Assembly: GCA_013335095.1 (NCBI GenBank)
Contig: JAAXWF010000002.1
Coordinates: forward strand, 205,566-269,565
Direction: 5' to 3'
From: a candidate division WWE3 bacterium
Lineage (GTDB): Bacteria; Patescibacteriota; 4484-211; GCA-002791395
DNA: 64,000 bases
The notes beneath the pieces are model-generated. The model did no database searches, was not told the DNA's origin, and worked only from the letters and a program-made list of their open reading frames with translations. Shown here piece by piece: positions 19,239 to 28,620 of this stretch (position 1 is its first letter; each line of letters starts with the position of its first letter). Position numbers and translations under genes: made by a program.

Positions 19239-21362
19239 TTATCCTGATTGCCGATATTGATGTATCAACAACCCAAGATCATAAATATTCACCATACCGT
19301 CATTGTTAATATCACATCTTCTGGTTAATTCATCCGAACTACTTGTAATGGTTTGTCCATAATGCGACGCTAAAATACCAAGATCAAAAAGATCAACATG
19401 TCCATCCAAATTAATATCACCGACATTATCAACTTTTGTTAATGTTACATTATCAATCCAGAATTCATCCGCACTCGTAGCACTAATTCGAAGCCGGGCA
19501 TCGCTTACCGGTGAATCAAAACCAGACGTAACAAATTCAGTCTCAAAGTGTTGCCACTGTGAAGTCAAATCAGACGGATATTCATTTAACCCATACAACG
19601 TAAACGGACTAACATGCTTTTGCACCGTCATGGTTAAATTACTACCAGCAACAGAACGCCCATCAAATGAAAGAGAATACCGTTGAGCGGGGGATAGTGG
19701 AATGTCGTACTGATACAGTTGAGTATTAGTACCAGCATTAGTAACCGCAATCTGTAATGCATTGGTCGTATCTGAACTCCCTGAATGAATCGAAGCGGTT
19801 CCAGTTCCATTTGTATAAAAAGTCCATGGAGTAATACCTGTTTCAAACGTACTGTTTTTAAGAACATTACCCGAAATAACCGGAGTACTAGTTGGAGAAA
19901 TTGTTACAGTCGGAGTAGGAGTTCGTGTAACGGTTGGCGTAACGGAAGGAATAGGCGTTACCGATATCGAGACGGGTACATCAATTACCTTAACTTCAAA
20001 GCGCGACAAATTGACGGTCTGATTATTTACATACACCGTTACCGGATAATCAACATTATTTGCCAACAAGGTTTTTGACGGAGAGGATATCGCCGAAACT
20101 AAAGTATTAGACCGCGTGGTTTTAAGGAGAGATGTGCCTGTACTAAAATAGTCATGGAACGCCTTAAATACGGCATAATGAGGATACGCCACCCCTCCAC
20201 CAGTTGACGTGATTTGAGAAAACAGACTGTGCGGTATTGTAAGGCCCGCATCGCCCTGAGGCTCCCACAACAGCATTCCTTCACAATTATTTAGCGCCGC
20301 ATTGATATACTCACCTGCGTAATGAGCGGCTGTATATTGGGTGTCGGATCGTGAGGACGCCGCGTAATATTCTGCCCACCAAATTGGAAGTCCACCGGTA
20401 GCATCAGAAATACGTTTAGAAATCTCTCCAATAACATGAGTTTTCTGATTATATTCAAGTAAACTACTGCCTTTATTCACAATGGTATAGCCGAAAGAAA
20501 AATCGAGTGCAACGAAATCAGCACCATGTTTATGCTGATTCCAATAATTTATGACAGTCCAGTTTTTAGGCGTGATTGGATCAGCCGACTGAGCAGGATA
20601 TGCCGGGTTACCTTGAACAATCAAATAGGGGCCACCAATTTTAGCATTTGGCCGAACTGATTTTATTGCATCGTATACCAAGTTGTACATCTCGGTATAT
20701 CCGACATAATCCCAATTACTTTCGGTATTATTCCAAAATCCTTTTAGTTCATTCCACACCTGAAAATAGGTTACATCTGGATACCTCAGTGCCACTTGCT
20801 TAGCTAGCTCAGCGTAATCAGCATAATTACCCGGAAGCGGTGCTTTCTCTAATAGCGTCCAATCAGTATTACCAGAAATTCCCCCTTTCATCCAGTCCGG
20901 CGCACAGCATAAGGTGATAGTAGGGATCCCGAGCTCGCGCGCCAAACTCATTCGTTTGTCTAAACTAGACCAATCATACACACCTTTAGAAGGTTCAGGA
21001 TTAAGCGTTCCCCACCCCATAATATGAACATTTTGAAATGTAGAGCCTTGTTTAATTAAGCTTTTCGCATTTGCTAGCGCCGATGGATTGGGGTTCGATA
21101 CGGTGTCGATTGCGGCATGAGTATGAGTGACACCCATAATAAGTTTACTGACGGCAGCGACTTGATTTGAAACAGTAACCGTAACTTCAGACGCCGCGGC
21201 GGGATGAAGTTTCGGAAATAATACCGAAAGTGAAGTTGCCGAAAATGATCCAAAAGTATTGGCCGAAACAATTAGTAATGCAAGGAATACTAAAAAAGAA
21301 ACACCACTGAATATCAATTCAGATTGAGTCAATGCTGATTTAGCAGTTTTATGTTTCATCAC
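19239..21362 (-). CDS. GH39-like (clan GH-A) glycoside hydrolase + CBM4/9-like module + dockerin
   Basis: FQVWNELKG (acid/base), PIWWAEY (nucleophile); PT linker; NVLKNSTFETG...W...IDNV; two dockerin repeats. Confidence 0.82.
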   Translation of the reverse strand: MMKHKTAKSALTQSELIFSGVSFLVFLALLIVSANTFGSFSATSLSVLFPKLHPAAASEVTVTVSNQVAAVSKLIMGVTHTHAAIDTVSNPNPSALANAKSLIKQGSTFQNVHIMGWGTLNPEPSKGVYDWSSLDKRMSLARELGIPTITLCCAPDWMKGGISGNTDWTLLEKAPLPGNYADYAELAKQVALRYPDVTYFQVWNELKGFWNNTESNWDYVGYTEMYNLVYDAIKSVRPNAKIGGPYLIVQGNPAYPAQSADPITPKNWTVINYWNQHKHGADFVALDFSFGYTIVNKGSSLLEYNQKTHVIGEISKRISDATGGLPIWWAEYYAASSRSDTQYTAAHYAGEYINAALNNCEGMLLWEPQGDAGLTIPHSLFSQITSTGGGVAYPHYAVFKAFHDYFSTGTSLLKTTRSNTLVSAISSPSKTLLANNVDYPVTVYVNNQTVNLSRFEVKVIDVPVSISVTPIPSVTPTVTRTPTPTVTISPTSTPVISGNVLKNSTFETGITPWTFYTNGTGTASIHSGSSDTTNALQIAVTNAGTNTQLYQYDIPLSPAQRYSLSFDGRSVAGSNLTMTVQKHVSPFTLYGLNEYPSDLTSQWQHFETEFVTSGFDSPVSDARLRISATSADEFWIDNVTLTKVDNVGDINLDGHVDLFDLGILASHYGQTITSSSDELTRRCDINNDGMVNIYDLGLLIHQYRQSG

Positions 21363-22301
21363 TTAATTTGATACATTATACGAAATACCATTCAAACGAT
21401 TTATGAGTGTTTGCATTTCGGGAGTCGTTGTTTCGAAAAATGTTTTTATTGTTTCATTATTCAACAAAGCAAGCCGATTATATGGAATAGCCATCGCACC
21501 ATACTCCGAATCATAGGTTGTGTATTTTGCGAGCATCTCAGCGTATAACCCATTATTACTTTTAGGCGTACCATCGATCTCAAGGTTTACATAAAACGTA
21601 TCACCCTGAGGAGAAACAAAAACTTTTTGCCCCCGAAGTCGAATCGTTAATCCATCCGGCAAAATTGGGCCACCTTCCTCGACCGGATAATACATACTTA
21701 TTTGAATCGAATCGCGATTATAAATCGTATCACCGTATAAATGAAGCAATGGAGCGCCACCGTGTCCAAGTTCCTGCGAATCATCGTCATACAAAACGAC
21801 CCTATTCCCAAAAAGATCATTTGAATCAGACTTTAATTGAACAACAACAAAACGATCTTTTTCTGATTCTGCACTTGCACTAATACAATCAAGGGTTGAT
21901 TTACTTTCTGGTGATACCGGCAGAATATTTTCATCAATCGTAATCGGTAGACGATTATACGAGATCGTTCTATTTTCGACGCCAAATGTTTGTGAGGTCT
22001 GATCTAAGGTCGGCCGACATTCAGCATCCAAATAATCTTGTAACGCCGAGACAATGTGAACAGATTCAGTCGGAGTCGGCGAAACAGTTGATTCAGTAAA
22101 GGTATTCGCGGGAGTGGTGATTAGGGATTCATTTTTATCATTAACCGGAGTAATTGAAGCCGTCAAAGTGGGCGAGACGGCAGTGAACGATACAAAGGAT
22201 TTCGGTGCTCGAGATTGGGTTACATATAAAACGAGTACGATAACAGCGATGATAAAAACACCTACAAGAACCTCGATCAAAGTAAACCCACGTTTATGCA
22301 T
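21363..22301 (-). CDS. Pilin-like (class III signal) surface protein
   Basis: Start re-called at 22301: MHKRGF-TLIEVLV; PT linker; Cys pair. Confidence 0.75.
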   Translation of the reverse strand: MHKRGFTLIEVLVGVFIIAVIVLVLYVTQSRAPKSFVSFTAVSPTLTASITPVNDKNESLITTPANTFTESTVSPTPTESVHIVSALQDYLDAECRPTLDQTSQTFGVENRTISYNRLPITIDENILPVSPESKSTLDCISASAESEKDRFVVVQLKSDSNDLFGNRVVLYDDDSQELGHGGAPLLHLYGDTIYNRDSIQISMYYPVEEGGPILPDGLTIRLRGQKVFVSPQGDTFYVNLEIDGTPKSNNGLYAEMLAKYTTYDSEYGAMAIPYNRLALLNNETIKTFFETTTPEMQTLINRLNGISYNVSN

Positions 22302-22347
22302 AGTCTTAAGGTAAATAGATAAACTCGCTCTGTCAAGGAATGATTCG

Positions 22348-22376
22348 TTGACGGCTAAAGCCCTATAGTATATACT
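22348..22376 (+). promoter_or_regulatory. Sigma70-type promoter
   Basis: TTGACG-17 nt-TATACT. Confidence 0.7.
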
Positions 22377-22422
22377 TAATCCGCAACAATCGCTGGGCAT
22401 GTAAAGGAAGGAGCGCATCTTT

Positions 22423-23136
22423 ATGCGTATCGGATCGCACAAGGTCACAGTGGGCGAACTCGCAGTCAGCACGGCGGTATTTCTGCTCCTGGCGAATCTG
22501 GTGGTTGGTTTTCTTAGCTGGAGGACCCAGTCTGAGATTCTCCAGCAAAACGTACGCCTCCAAGCGTATCAGAATAATCAATCGTTGATCCTACGGCAGG
22601 TGAACCAACGCCAAACGGCTCTACTGGAGATGCCGCATCAGCCCGAAGGCTGGACGCCAATTGGCAACCTGGAGCCACGCGCCAATATCAGCGTCGAGTC
22701 ACTCAAGGGATACACCTTCGGAACGACCTTCTATACCGGGCGCACGCTCACACCTGGCGAGGTGTCGTGGCTCATTACCGAGGGCCCCCAAAACGGGGTT
22801 CAGCTCATGACGGGCGCCATCGGCTTTATCGGGGGGAGCTCGTCGACCCATGGTCTGTTCGAAGTTACCCAGAATGGAAGTCTGTCTTGGCATGATAGCA
22901 AAGGGGCGATAACGCCCCTGGCAATAACATTGCCGCTTGGACAGGAGATCTTTGTCACAACCAACGGGGTTGTTGCCGGGATGGAGTTTTCCGAAGTGCA
23001 GCGGATGGTTCTGTACATTGATCCGCACTACCATCAGCTATCGGCCGCGTACATTCCGGTTCCAAAGAATCAGCCGAGACCTGGTATCACATCCAGGCCA
23101 ATAATCTATATTAAGGACTCGGCTCTCGGCGAGTAG
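22423..23136 (+). CDS. Orphan membrane-anchored protein (SD-led unit)
   Basis: AAGGAG SD; N-terminal TM helix; terminator 23169-23194. Confidence 0.7.
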   Translation: MRIGSHKVTVGELAVSTAVFLLLANLVVGFLSWRTQSEILQQNVRLQAYQNNQSLILRQVNQRQTALLEMPHQPEGWTPIGNLEPRANISVESLKGYTFGTTFYTGRTLTPGEVSWLITEGPQNGVQLMTGAIGFIGGSSSTHGLFEVTQNGSLSWHDSKGAITPLAITLPLGQEIFVTTNGVVAGMEFSEVQRMVLYIDPHYHQLSAAYIPVPKNQPRPGITSRPIIYIKDSALGE

Positions 23137-23168
23137 AATCACACGAGGGGACGGTTTTCGTCGAATTG

Positions 23169-23194
23169 GCGGTGGGCTTTTGTCCACCGCTTTT
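23169..23194 (+). terminator. Intrinsic terminator
   Basis: GCGGTGGGC-tttt-GTCCACCGC-TTTT. Confidence 0.75.
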
Positions 23195-23362
23195 ACCAAT
23201 TTATTACATTGTTTTCAAATATTTCTTTTTTTCAACGACGAAACTTAGACCTATGACGGTGAGGGACAGCCTGTCATTCGTTGAGTTTTAACTCTCCAAT
23301 ACTGTCACGCATAATCATTTTTCCCATTGACTTTTATATATAATCAAAGATATAAGTAAATA

Positions 23363-24076
23363 ATGGAATCACGTAATGGATTTGGACTAGTCGAAATAAT
23401 TATATTGGTAACCTTACTGACAGCTATCGGAGTAGGTGTATGGGCATATGTTTTGTCTGGTGCAAAATCAAAAGATGGAAATGATGTTTCTTTGACTCCG
23501 ACTCAGGTGGTTACCATCTCTCCATCAATCACACCAAAACCAACCGTTTTTCCAACAATTACACCAATACCTACAATTGATAATTCCGTTTATGAAGGAT
23601 GGAACGAATATAAAAATGATGAGCTGGGGATTTCGTTTAGATATTTAAATAATTGGTATATACCTCAAGATGAATCTATGGTGAAAGGTCAATACAATTA
23701 TTACTTAGACGATGAAGTTAGAAATAATTTTCTAGGGGGACTAGAACTTGATGGTGGTAAAGACAAAACGGACTTAGTCAGACGTCCGTTACTTTTACTC
23801 AGTGTTTTTAATAATGTAGAAGGACTTTCGGTAAAAGCATGGCTCGAAAAGCACGATATTAATACAAAGAAAAATCCTGATGAGATACCAGTAACGTTAT
23901 ACCCACGGCTAATAGCTGGACGGCAAGTTTACTTTAATGGCACAGAGGAACTTTACTTTGAAAATAACGGAAAAATTTATGGAATTGGTATGGGATATAC
24001 TACGTACGCTATTTATCCCGAAGATGGATTTCAGGAAATTTTTGATAAGTTACTTGATTCTGTCGAACTTTATTAA
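23363..24076 (+). CDS. Pilin-like (class III signal) protein with PsbP-like domain
   Basis: NGF-GLVEII; PT linker; WNEYKNDELGISFRY; C-terminal IFDKLLDS. Confidence 0.75.
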   Translation: MESRNGFGLVEIIILVTLLTAIGVGVWAYVLSGAKSKDGNDVSLTPTQVVTISPSITPKPTVFPTITPIPTIDNSVYEGWNEYKNDELGISFRYLNNWYIPQDESMVKGQYNYYLDDEVRNNFLGGLELDGGKDKTDLVRRPLLLLSVFNNVEGLSVKAWLEKHDINTKKNPDEIPVTLYPRLIAGRQVYFNGTEELYFENNGKIYGIGMGYTTYAIYPEDGFQEIFDKLLDSVELY

Positions 24077-24155
24077 GCGTATTTTCCTACTTGACTCGAC
24101 TTATATATAGTAATATATTACATATGTACCTTTAGTTTCTATTAAGGAGGTTCGT

Positions 24156-25643
24156 ATGGGTTTCCGTAATCGGATTGGGTTACTGGCGTTTGGTCTCATT
24201 GCAACGGTGGCAGTGATGATCTCTATGAATGCAGGGTCTCTTTTTGCCCAAACCTGCCAATGCGCCGATTGGGCAAAAGAGAAGCGGCCGGACATCTATA
24301 GTAAGATTGCAGGGGCTGGATGCGCCGTTAATTGGCCCAATAAGATGAGAGCGAATGGGTATCCCCAACAGGTTGGAACCATTCCAATGAAAGGCTCTCT
24401 TGTTGTATTCAGCCAAGGAGCACATGATGCGGATTTTAGTTGTGGTCATGTCGCCTACGTCGAGAATGTAAACTCAGATGGCACATTCGCTATATCTGAG
24501 AAGGGTAGGCCGGCCGGATCATGCATTGTTAAATACGATCGCACGAAGCTAGATGTTAGAACGGGAGTGGAGTTTCTTTATGGAACAAACGAAACTCCGA
24601 TTCCACGCCTAGAACTTACGGGTGATGTGACGATGAGTGCGTACACGGTGACGGGAGGTCAGTCGGTGAGTTTTTCGGTTCCGGTGAAAAACTGGGGCGG
24701 GAATCTGACCATGGCTGATTCGTATCTGGATGTCACCACGTCAAACGGAAGCATTTGGAAGGCGACTGGGGTGAACCAAAACATCGCTGCCAACGGTACG
24801 ACAACACTCACGTTTTCGGGTCAGCTCTGGCAAACGCCGGGTGGCACATGGACGGTTCATGAGGTATCGTACAAAGACAGCGGAGGAGTCTGGCGCCAGG
24901 TGGGTCGGGGAGACAACCGGATTTTAGCTCGGTCGTTTACCGTCATACCACCCGATACACAGCCACCCACGGATGTCTTCATCCTTGAGCCGGCAAACGG
25001 TAGCACGCTGGGATTGGGAACCCATGGGGTGCGGATATCAGCCAAAGATACAGTAGGGGTAACGACCGTCACGCTGTATCTGTACACTCAACCAAGCATG
25101 GGGGCTTCGTTTCAGATGAATTCACTTCCTGTGCCTCTCCAATCTGGAACAGTGCAGGATGGTATCTGGCGAACCGAGATTGATCCTGGCCAATATGGTG
25201 CTGGGAGTTATTCGATCTTTAAATATCAGGTAATTGCCAAGGATGCGGCTGGTAACTCAACCACCTCTGGGTTACAACAGTACACGCTGGATCGTCGAGA
25301 CCTGCCACCATCGGTGGTAACAATTAATGAACCAGCATCAGGAGTAACCATTATCGGTGAACCACACGCGGTGATGATCCATGCGGTGGATGCGCAGGCG
25401 GTATCGTACGTAACCTTGTACGTATACTATCCTGAAACAACCGGTGGTAGTGACGTGATGCATGTATACAACGTACCTTTCCATCACGGAACTGCTCAAG
25501 ACGGATACTGGCGGATGGAACACTATCCGTTTAGTAATCATGCCGTGCCCACAACCAACATGAAGTTTCAGGCACGTGCATGTGATAGCGCCAATCAGTG
25601 TAGTTTTTCTGGACTCAGTTCAGGGATTACGCTGCAACGGTAG
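24156..25643 (+). CDS. Secreted CHAP-domain peptidoglycan hydrolase with Ig-like domains
   Basis: Signal peptide; QCADWA (Cys)...GHVAYVE (His)...ISE; repeated beta-sandwich modules (PDTQPP, AKDAAGN); AAGGAGG SD; TTGACT-17-TATATT promoter. Confidence 0.85.
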   Translation: MGFRNRIGLLAFGLIATVAVMISMNAGSLFAQTCQCADWAKEKRPDIYSKIAGAGCAVNWPNKMRANGYPQQVGTIPMKGSLVVFSQGAHDADFSCGHVAYVENVNSDGTFAISEKGRPAGSCIVKYDRTKLDVRTGVEFLYGTNETPIPRLELTGDVTMSAYTVTGGQSVSFSVPVKNWGGNLTMADSYLDVTTSNGSIWKATGVNQNIAANGTTTLTFSGQLWQTPGGTWTVHEVSYKDSGGVWRQVGRGDNRILARSFTVIPPDTQPPTDVFILEPANGSTLGLGTHGVRISAKDTVGVTTVTLYLYTQPSMGASFQMNSLPVPLQSGTVQDGIWRTEIDPGQYGAGSYSIFKYQVIAKDAAGNSTTSGLQQYTLDRRDLPPSVVTINEPASGVTIIGEPHAVMIHAVDAQAVSYVTLYVYYPETTGGSDVMHVYNVPFHHGTAQDGYWRMEHYPFSNHAVPTTNMKFQARACDSANQCSFSGLSSGITLQR

Positions 25644-25767
25644 GTAACAGTGTCTGGGAGGTACATCGTATGATGTGCCCCCCGACACGCTTCTTTCTTA
25701 ATCGCCCGACGGGACTGATCCTCCTGTTGGGCTCTATTTATTGTACCAAAATAGCGCACGTTTTCGC

Positions 25768-26379
25768 TTAAAAAAGGCCAATCTGTTTGGCTTGGGGTTG
25801 CAGATCGGCGGGGTAGGAAAAATCTAGGTCGAGAGTACGTTGAGTATTCCACTTGTCGGTATATTTAACGTGCTTATGTGACATCACGTAATCATACAGA
25901 TCACGCGTTAATGCAACATCCATCTCACAGTACTTTTGTAATTTTTCTAAACTTTCGGGTGTATGTTCGCGCCAATATACAACGGCATTACTACCGACAT
26001 CGCTCTTAGCACTTCCAAGGGTATCGGTCACCAATGAATTCAAGCTGATACGATGTCCGGCTTTTTCTTTAAATTTGTCCATGATGTCAAAGTGAGGTAG
26101 GGCACTTAAGTTAAAAAAGGCATACGGTTGTAAAACAACCGCGTCAAAATATTTTGAATTAAATCCGATGACCCGATCCGCTCGCTGAAAAATCGGCCAC
26201 ATCGGTGAAAAATCATTTTCCCAAAAACTCTCCATCTTCCCTTCGATCTCACGGCCATTTTCATCGACAGTACGAGAATATACGCAGACAATTGAAACTC
26301 CTAAATCTTGAATTTTATTAGGATCAATATCGGCAAACAATCTTTGTGTTTCGATATCAAAAAAGACTTCGTGTTTCAT
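25768..26379 (-). CDS. RNase H-like (DEDD, YprB/RNase_H_2-type) exonuclease-domain protein
   Basis: FFDIET, IGFNSKYFD, YCEMDV. Confidence 0.85.
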   Translation of the reverse strand: MKHEVFFDIETQRLFADIDPNKIQDLGVSIVCVYSRTVDENGREIEGKMESFWENDFSPMWPIFQRADRVIGFNSKYFDAVVLQPYAFFNLSALPHFDIMDKFKEKAGHRISLNSLVTDTLGSAKSDVGSNAVVYWREHTPESLEKLQKYCEMDVALTRDLYDYVMSHKHVKYTDKWNTQRTLDLDFSYPADLQPQAKQIGLF

Positions 26380-26415
26380 AAAGAAATTATTATAACGTGA
26401 ATATAAAGACTAAAC

Positions 26416-26443
26416 AAAAATGGGCACACCTCTCAGTGTGCCC
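26416..26443 (-). terminator. Intrinsic terminator
   Basis: GGGCACAC/GTGTGCCC stem with a U-tract on the minus strand. Confidence 0.7.
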
Positions 26444-26465
26444 GGTAATTTTACCAACCTTACAA

Positions 26466-27269
26466 CTACAACTCAAACAGCATCCGCTGTCGATTGGGAT
26501 ACTCGGGGTCAAGGCCAGCGTAGTAAAACCCGAGCTGAATATCTGGGTTGTACATGACTGGCAGGACCATAATCCCGAGCGACTGTGCAGCCTCTATAAA
26601 CGCGGTCTCAACGTGTGGCTCGCAGCAAAACTGCACCGCCACCAGGCGTTCACCCGGCTGAATCCAATTGCTTAGCTGACTGGTAATCCCATCCCTTAGA
26701 CTCCGATATGCCGAAGAATTGTCCCGGGCAGAGCCATCCACCACTTTGATATAAAGATCGGTGTAATCACCTTCGGCATCGTGACGTAGATGGGGATCGG
26801 CCGAATACGCCGCGTTGACCATCATCCGCCGAGGCAAGGCAGGGATAAGACCGACACCATCTCGAATATGGATAGTTGATGCAAGCTGCATCTCTATCAT
26901 CCGAGAAAGCACCCGGACAGCTTCATTAACATCGGTGGTGAGATCAACAACCTGCTCACCGATTAAGAAGTACCTCGCAGAAAGCCAAGGCAGTTCTTCC
27001 CCGACGATACTGTTGATTGCCGACCTCATTCGATCACCGAAATCGGCCGAGACCGACTCAGTGAAAGCAAGGGAGGTAATAACGCCATCGTGCCTGGCCA
27101 GCTCCATCTGGAATGCTGGGAAATCAGACAATCGTGACAGCCGAAAGACCACTCCATATGCATCATTGAAGAGGCCAAGGCGAGTAGCCCCAGCTTCAAC
27201 AAAGTGAGCATCGACAAAGCCCCAATTTAGAGGCTTCCGCAGAGAACACATAGCCTGGATGATAACCAT
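26466..27269 (-). CDS. Orphan hypothetical protein (SD-led unit)
   Basis: AAGGAGG SD; TGTATAAT upstream; own terminator. Confidence 0.7.
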   Translation of the reverse strand: MVIIQAMCSLRKPLNWGFVDAHFVEAGATRLGLFNDAYGVVFRLSRLSDFPAFQMELARHDGVITSLAFTESVSADFGDRMRSAINSIVGEELPWLSARYFLIGEQVVDLTTDVNEAVRVLSRMIEMQLASTIHIRDGVGLIPALPRRMMVNAAYSADPHLRHDAEGDYTDLYIKVVDGSARDNSSAYRSLRDGITSQLSNWIQPGERLVAVQFCCEPHVETAFIEAAQSLGIMVLPVMYNPDIQLGFYYAGLDPEYPNRQRMLFEL

Positions 27270-27480
27270 CGTTCCTCCTTATGAGGTGTGCATATACACG
27301 CCTCATTCCGCTAATAACGATACAAACATTATACAATTATAGGTCTACACCTGTAAGCTATTACAAAAAATGACTAGGTGGCGATAAGACCGAAGAAGGG
27401 AATATGTTCATACTATAAGTACAGTTATAGAAAAAAACACGACAGGGTTGAGATAAATCGAATTGAAGGTAAAGTTCTTC

Positions 27481-27936
27481 TAAAAAGAAAGTGCCGGGCC
27501 CCACAGTCTCTTTCCTTTTCAGGTAGAGTAAAGTGGGTCCCGGCATTGGGTGTTTCTTTTTATGTTTTGTTAGGTGTTTTTGTGATACGTTGTATCACCG
27601 ATTTGGATTTTAAAAGAGGGTCATGGTGATACCATGATTACTCTGATAAACAGAGTGACTCTTTTTTTCCGAATACGGTGTGCTTTTTATGAGGGAGTAT
27701 CGTCGTAACGATACCAGATCGCGCTCCTCATAAGAGCAGTATCAAAAAGCGTAGGCGCAACCCGTAAACAATTAATGAGATTCTGAGAGGTCAGAATCAA
27801 ACGTCTTGTTTGGGGTGTTAGCCTGACTAACAAAATAAGAATGTGCGAATTGAGTGATAAATCACTCAGTGTATTGTTTTAGAGTAGGTGTTCTACTTCG
27901 AATTGTCTTCGTAGTAGAGCCCTGTGCTACTAAAAC
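27481..27936. ncRNA. Candidate large structured non-coding element of unknown class
   Basis: At least ten nested stems across ~455 nt, no credible ORF; G-U pairs favour the plus strand; promoter-like boxes at both ends. Confidence 0.6.
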
Positions 27937-27941
27937 GTTAC

Positions 27942-27970
27942 TTTATATCACAAGAATAAATATGTGTCAA
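27942..27970 (-). promoter_or_regulatory. Near-consensus sigma70 promoter facing into the structured element
   Basis: Minus strand TTGACA-17 nt-TATAAA with extended -10 TG. Confidence 0.75.
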
Positions 27971-28075
27971 CAAGTAATTTTTGAAATACCTTCACCAAAA
28001 GAATGATTCATTGTCACATCAGCATATTCGTACTGAAGAGTTGACATTTTCAATATTTCACCGACAATAAAGAAC

Positions 28076-28612
28076 ATGCAGGAGCAAGAAAAACCAACCG
28101 CACCGATTTCTAAATCTTTAATAATCGGAAGCGGACTCGTATTGCTGACAATTATCGGCGGTTTAGGATATATGTACTGGGACGTAAGTAATAAGGGTAA
28201 CGTCCTCAGCGAACAATCGACTCAAGCGACTCCCACACGAACCCCAACTCCAACAAAACGTCCAGAACAGATGAACGCAGACGATAAAATACAAGCTGAA
28301 CTTAAAATTGCAGCCGAAGCGTTTGAAAAATGCGCTATTGATAACCAGGATCTATTTGAAAAAGGAAAATGCGATTCAATTGCCAACTTAACCAAATCAA
28401 ATTACTACAAGCAACAGTATGTAAATACGAATTTTAAGGTTGTTGGAACTGATGACCATAAAGTAGGAATGATCTTTGCAAAAGCTGATGATCAAAAGAT
28501 TACGTGTGAATATACCCCACCCAAAGGCGGCGGTAATAATCGATACCACGTGTACCGAAGCATCGCAAAAGTTTTACGAATTGAATGTTGGTCGGGAGAA
28601 CCTCCACTGTAA
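28076..28612 (+). CDS. Membrane-anchored hypothetical protein
   Basis: TM helix, PT linker, four Cys; TTGACA upstream. Confidence 0.7.
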   Translation: MQEQEKPTAPISKSLIIGSGLVLLTIIGGLGYMYWDVSNKGNVLSEQSTQATPTRTPTPTKRPEQMNADDKIQAELKIAAEAFEKCAIDNQDLFEKGKCDSIANLTKSNYYKQQYVNTNFKVVGTDDHKVGMIFAKADDQKITCEYTPPKGGGNNRYHVYRSIAKVLRIECWSGEPPL

Positions 28613-28620
28613 AACCCCTA

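Noticed and set aside
22302-22472. N-terminal extension of ORF 21363-22472
   Set aside because: It overlaps the divergent gene and its promoter; the prepilin motif places the start at 22301
27361-27629. Short ORFs 27361-27546 (-) and 27378-27629 (+)
   Set aside because: No family motif or start signals; they run through hairpins that are better explained as structure
27876-27936. GTTTTAGAG...CTAAAAC resembles the ends of a type II-A CRISPR repeat
   Set aside because: Single 61-nt hairpin, no repeat-spacer periodicity and no cas genes in the window
27481-27936. tmRNA, RNase P RNA or SRP RNA as the identity of the structured element
   Set aside because: I could not find a tRNA-like GGGG..CCA domain, GAGGAAAGUCC or the SRP GGAA-loop motif on either strand
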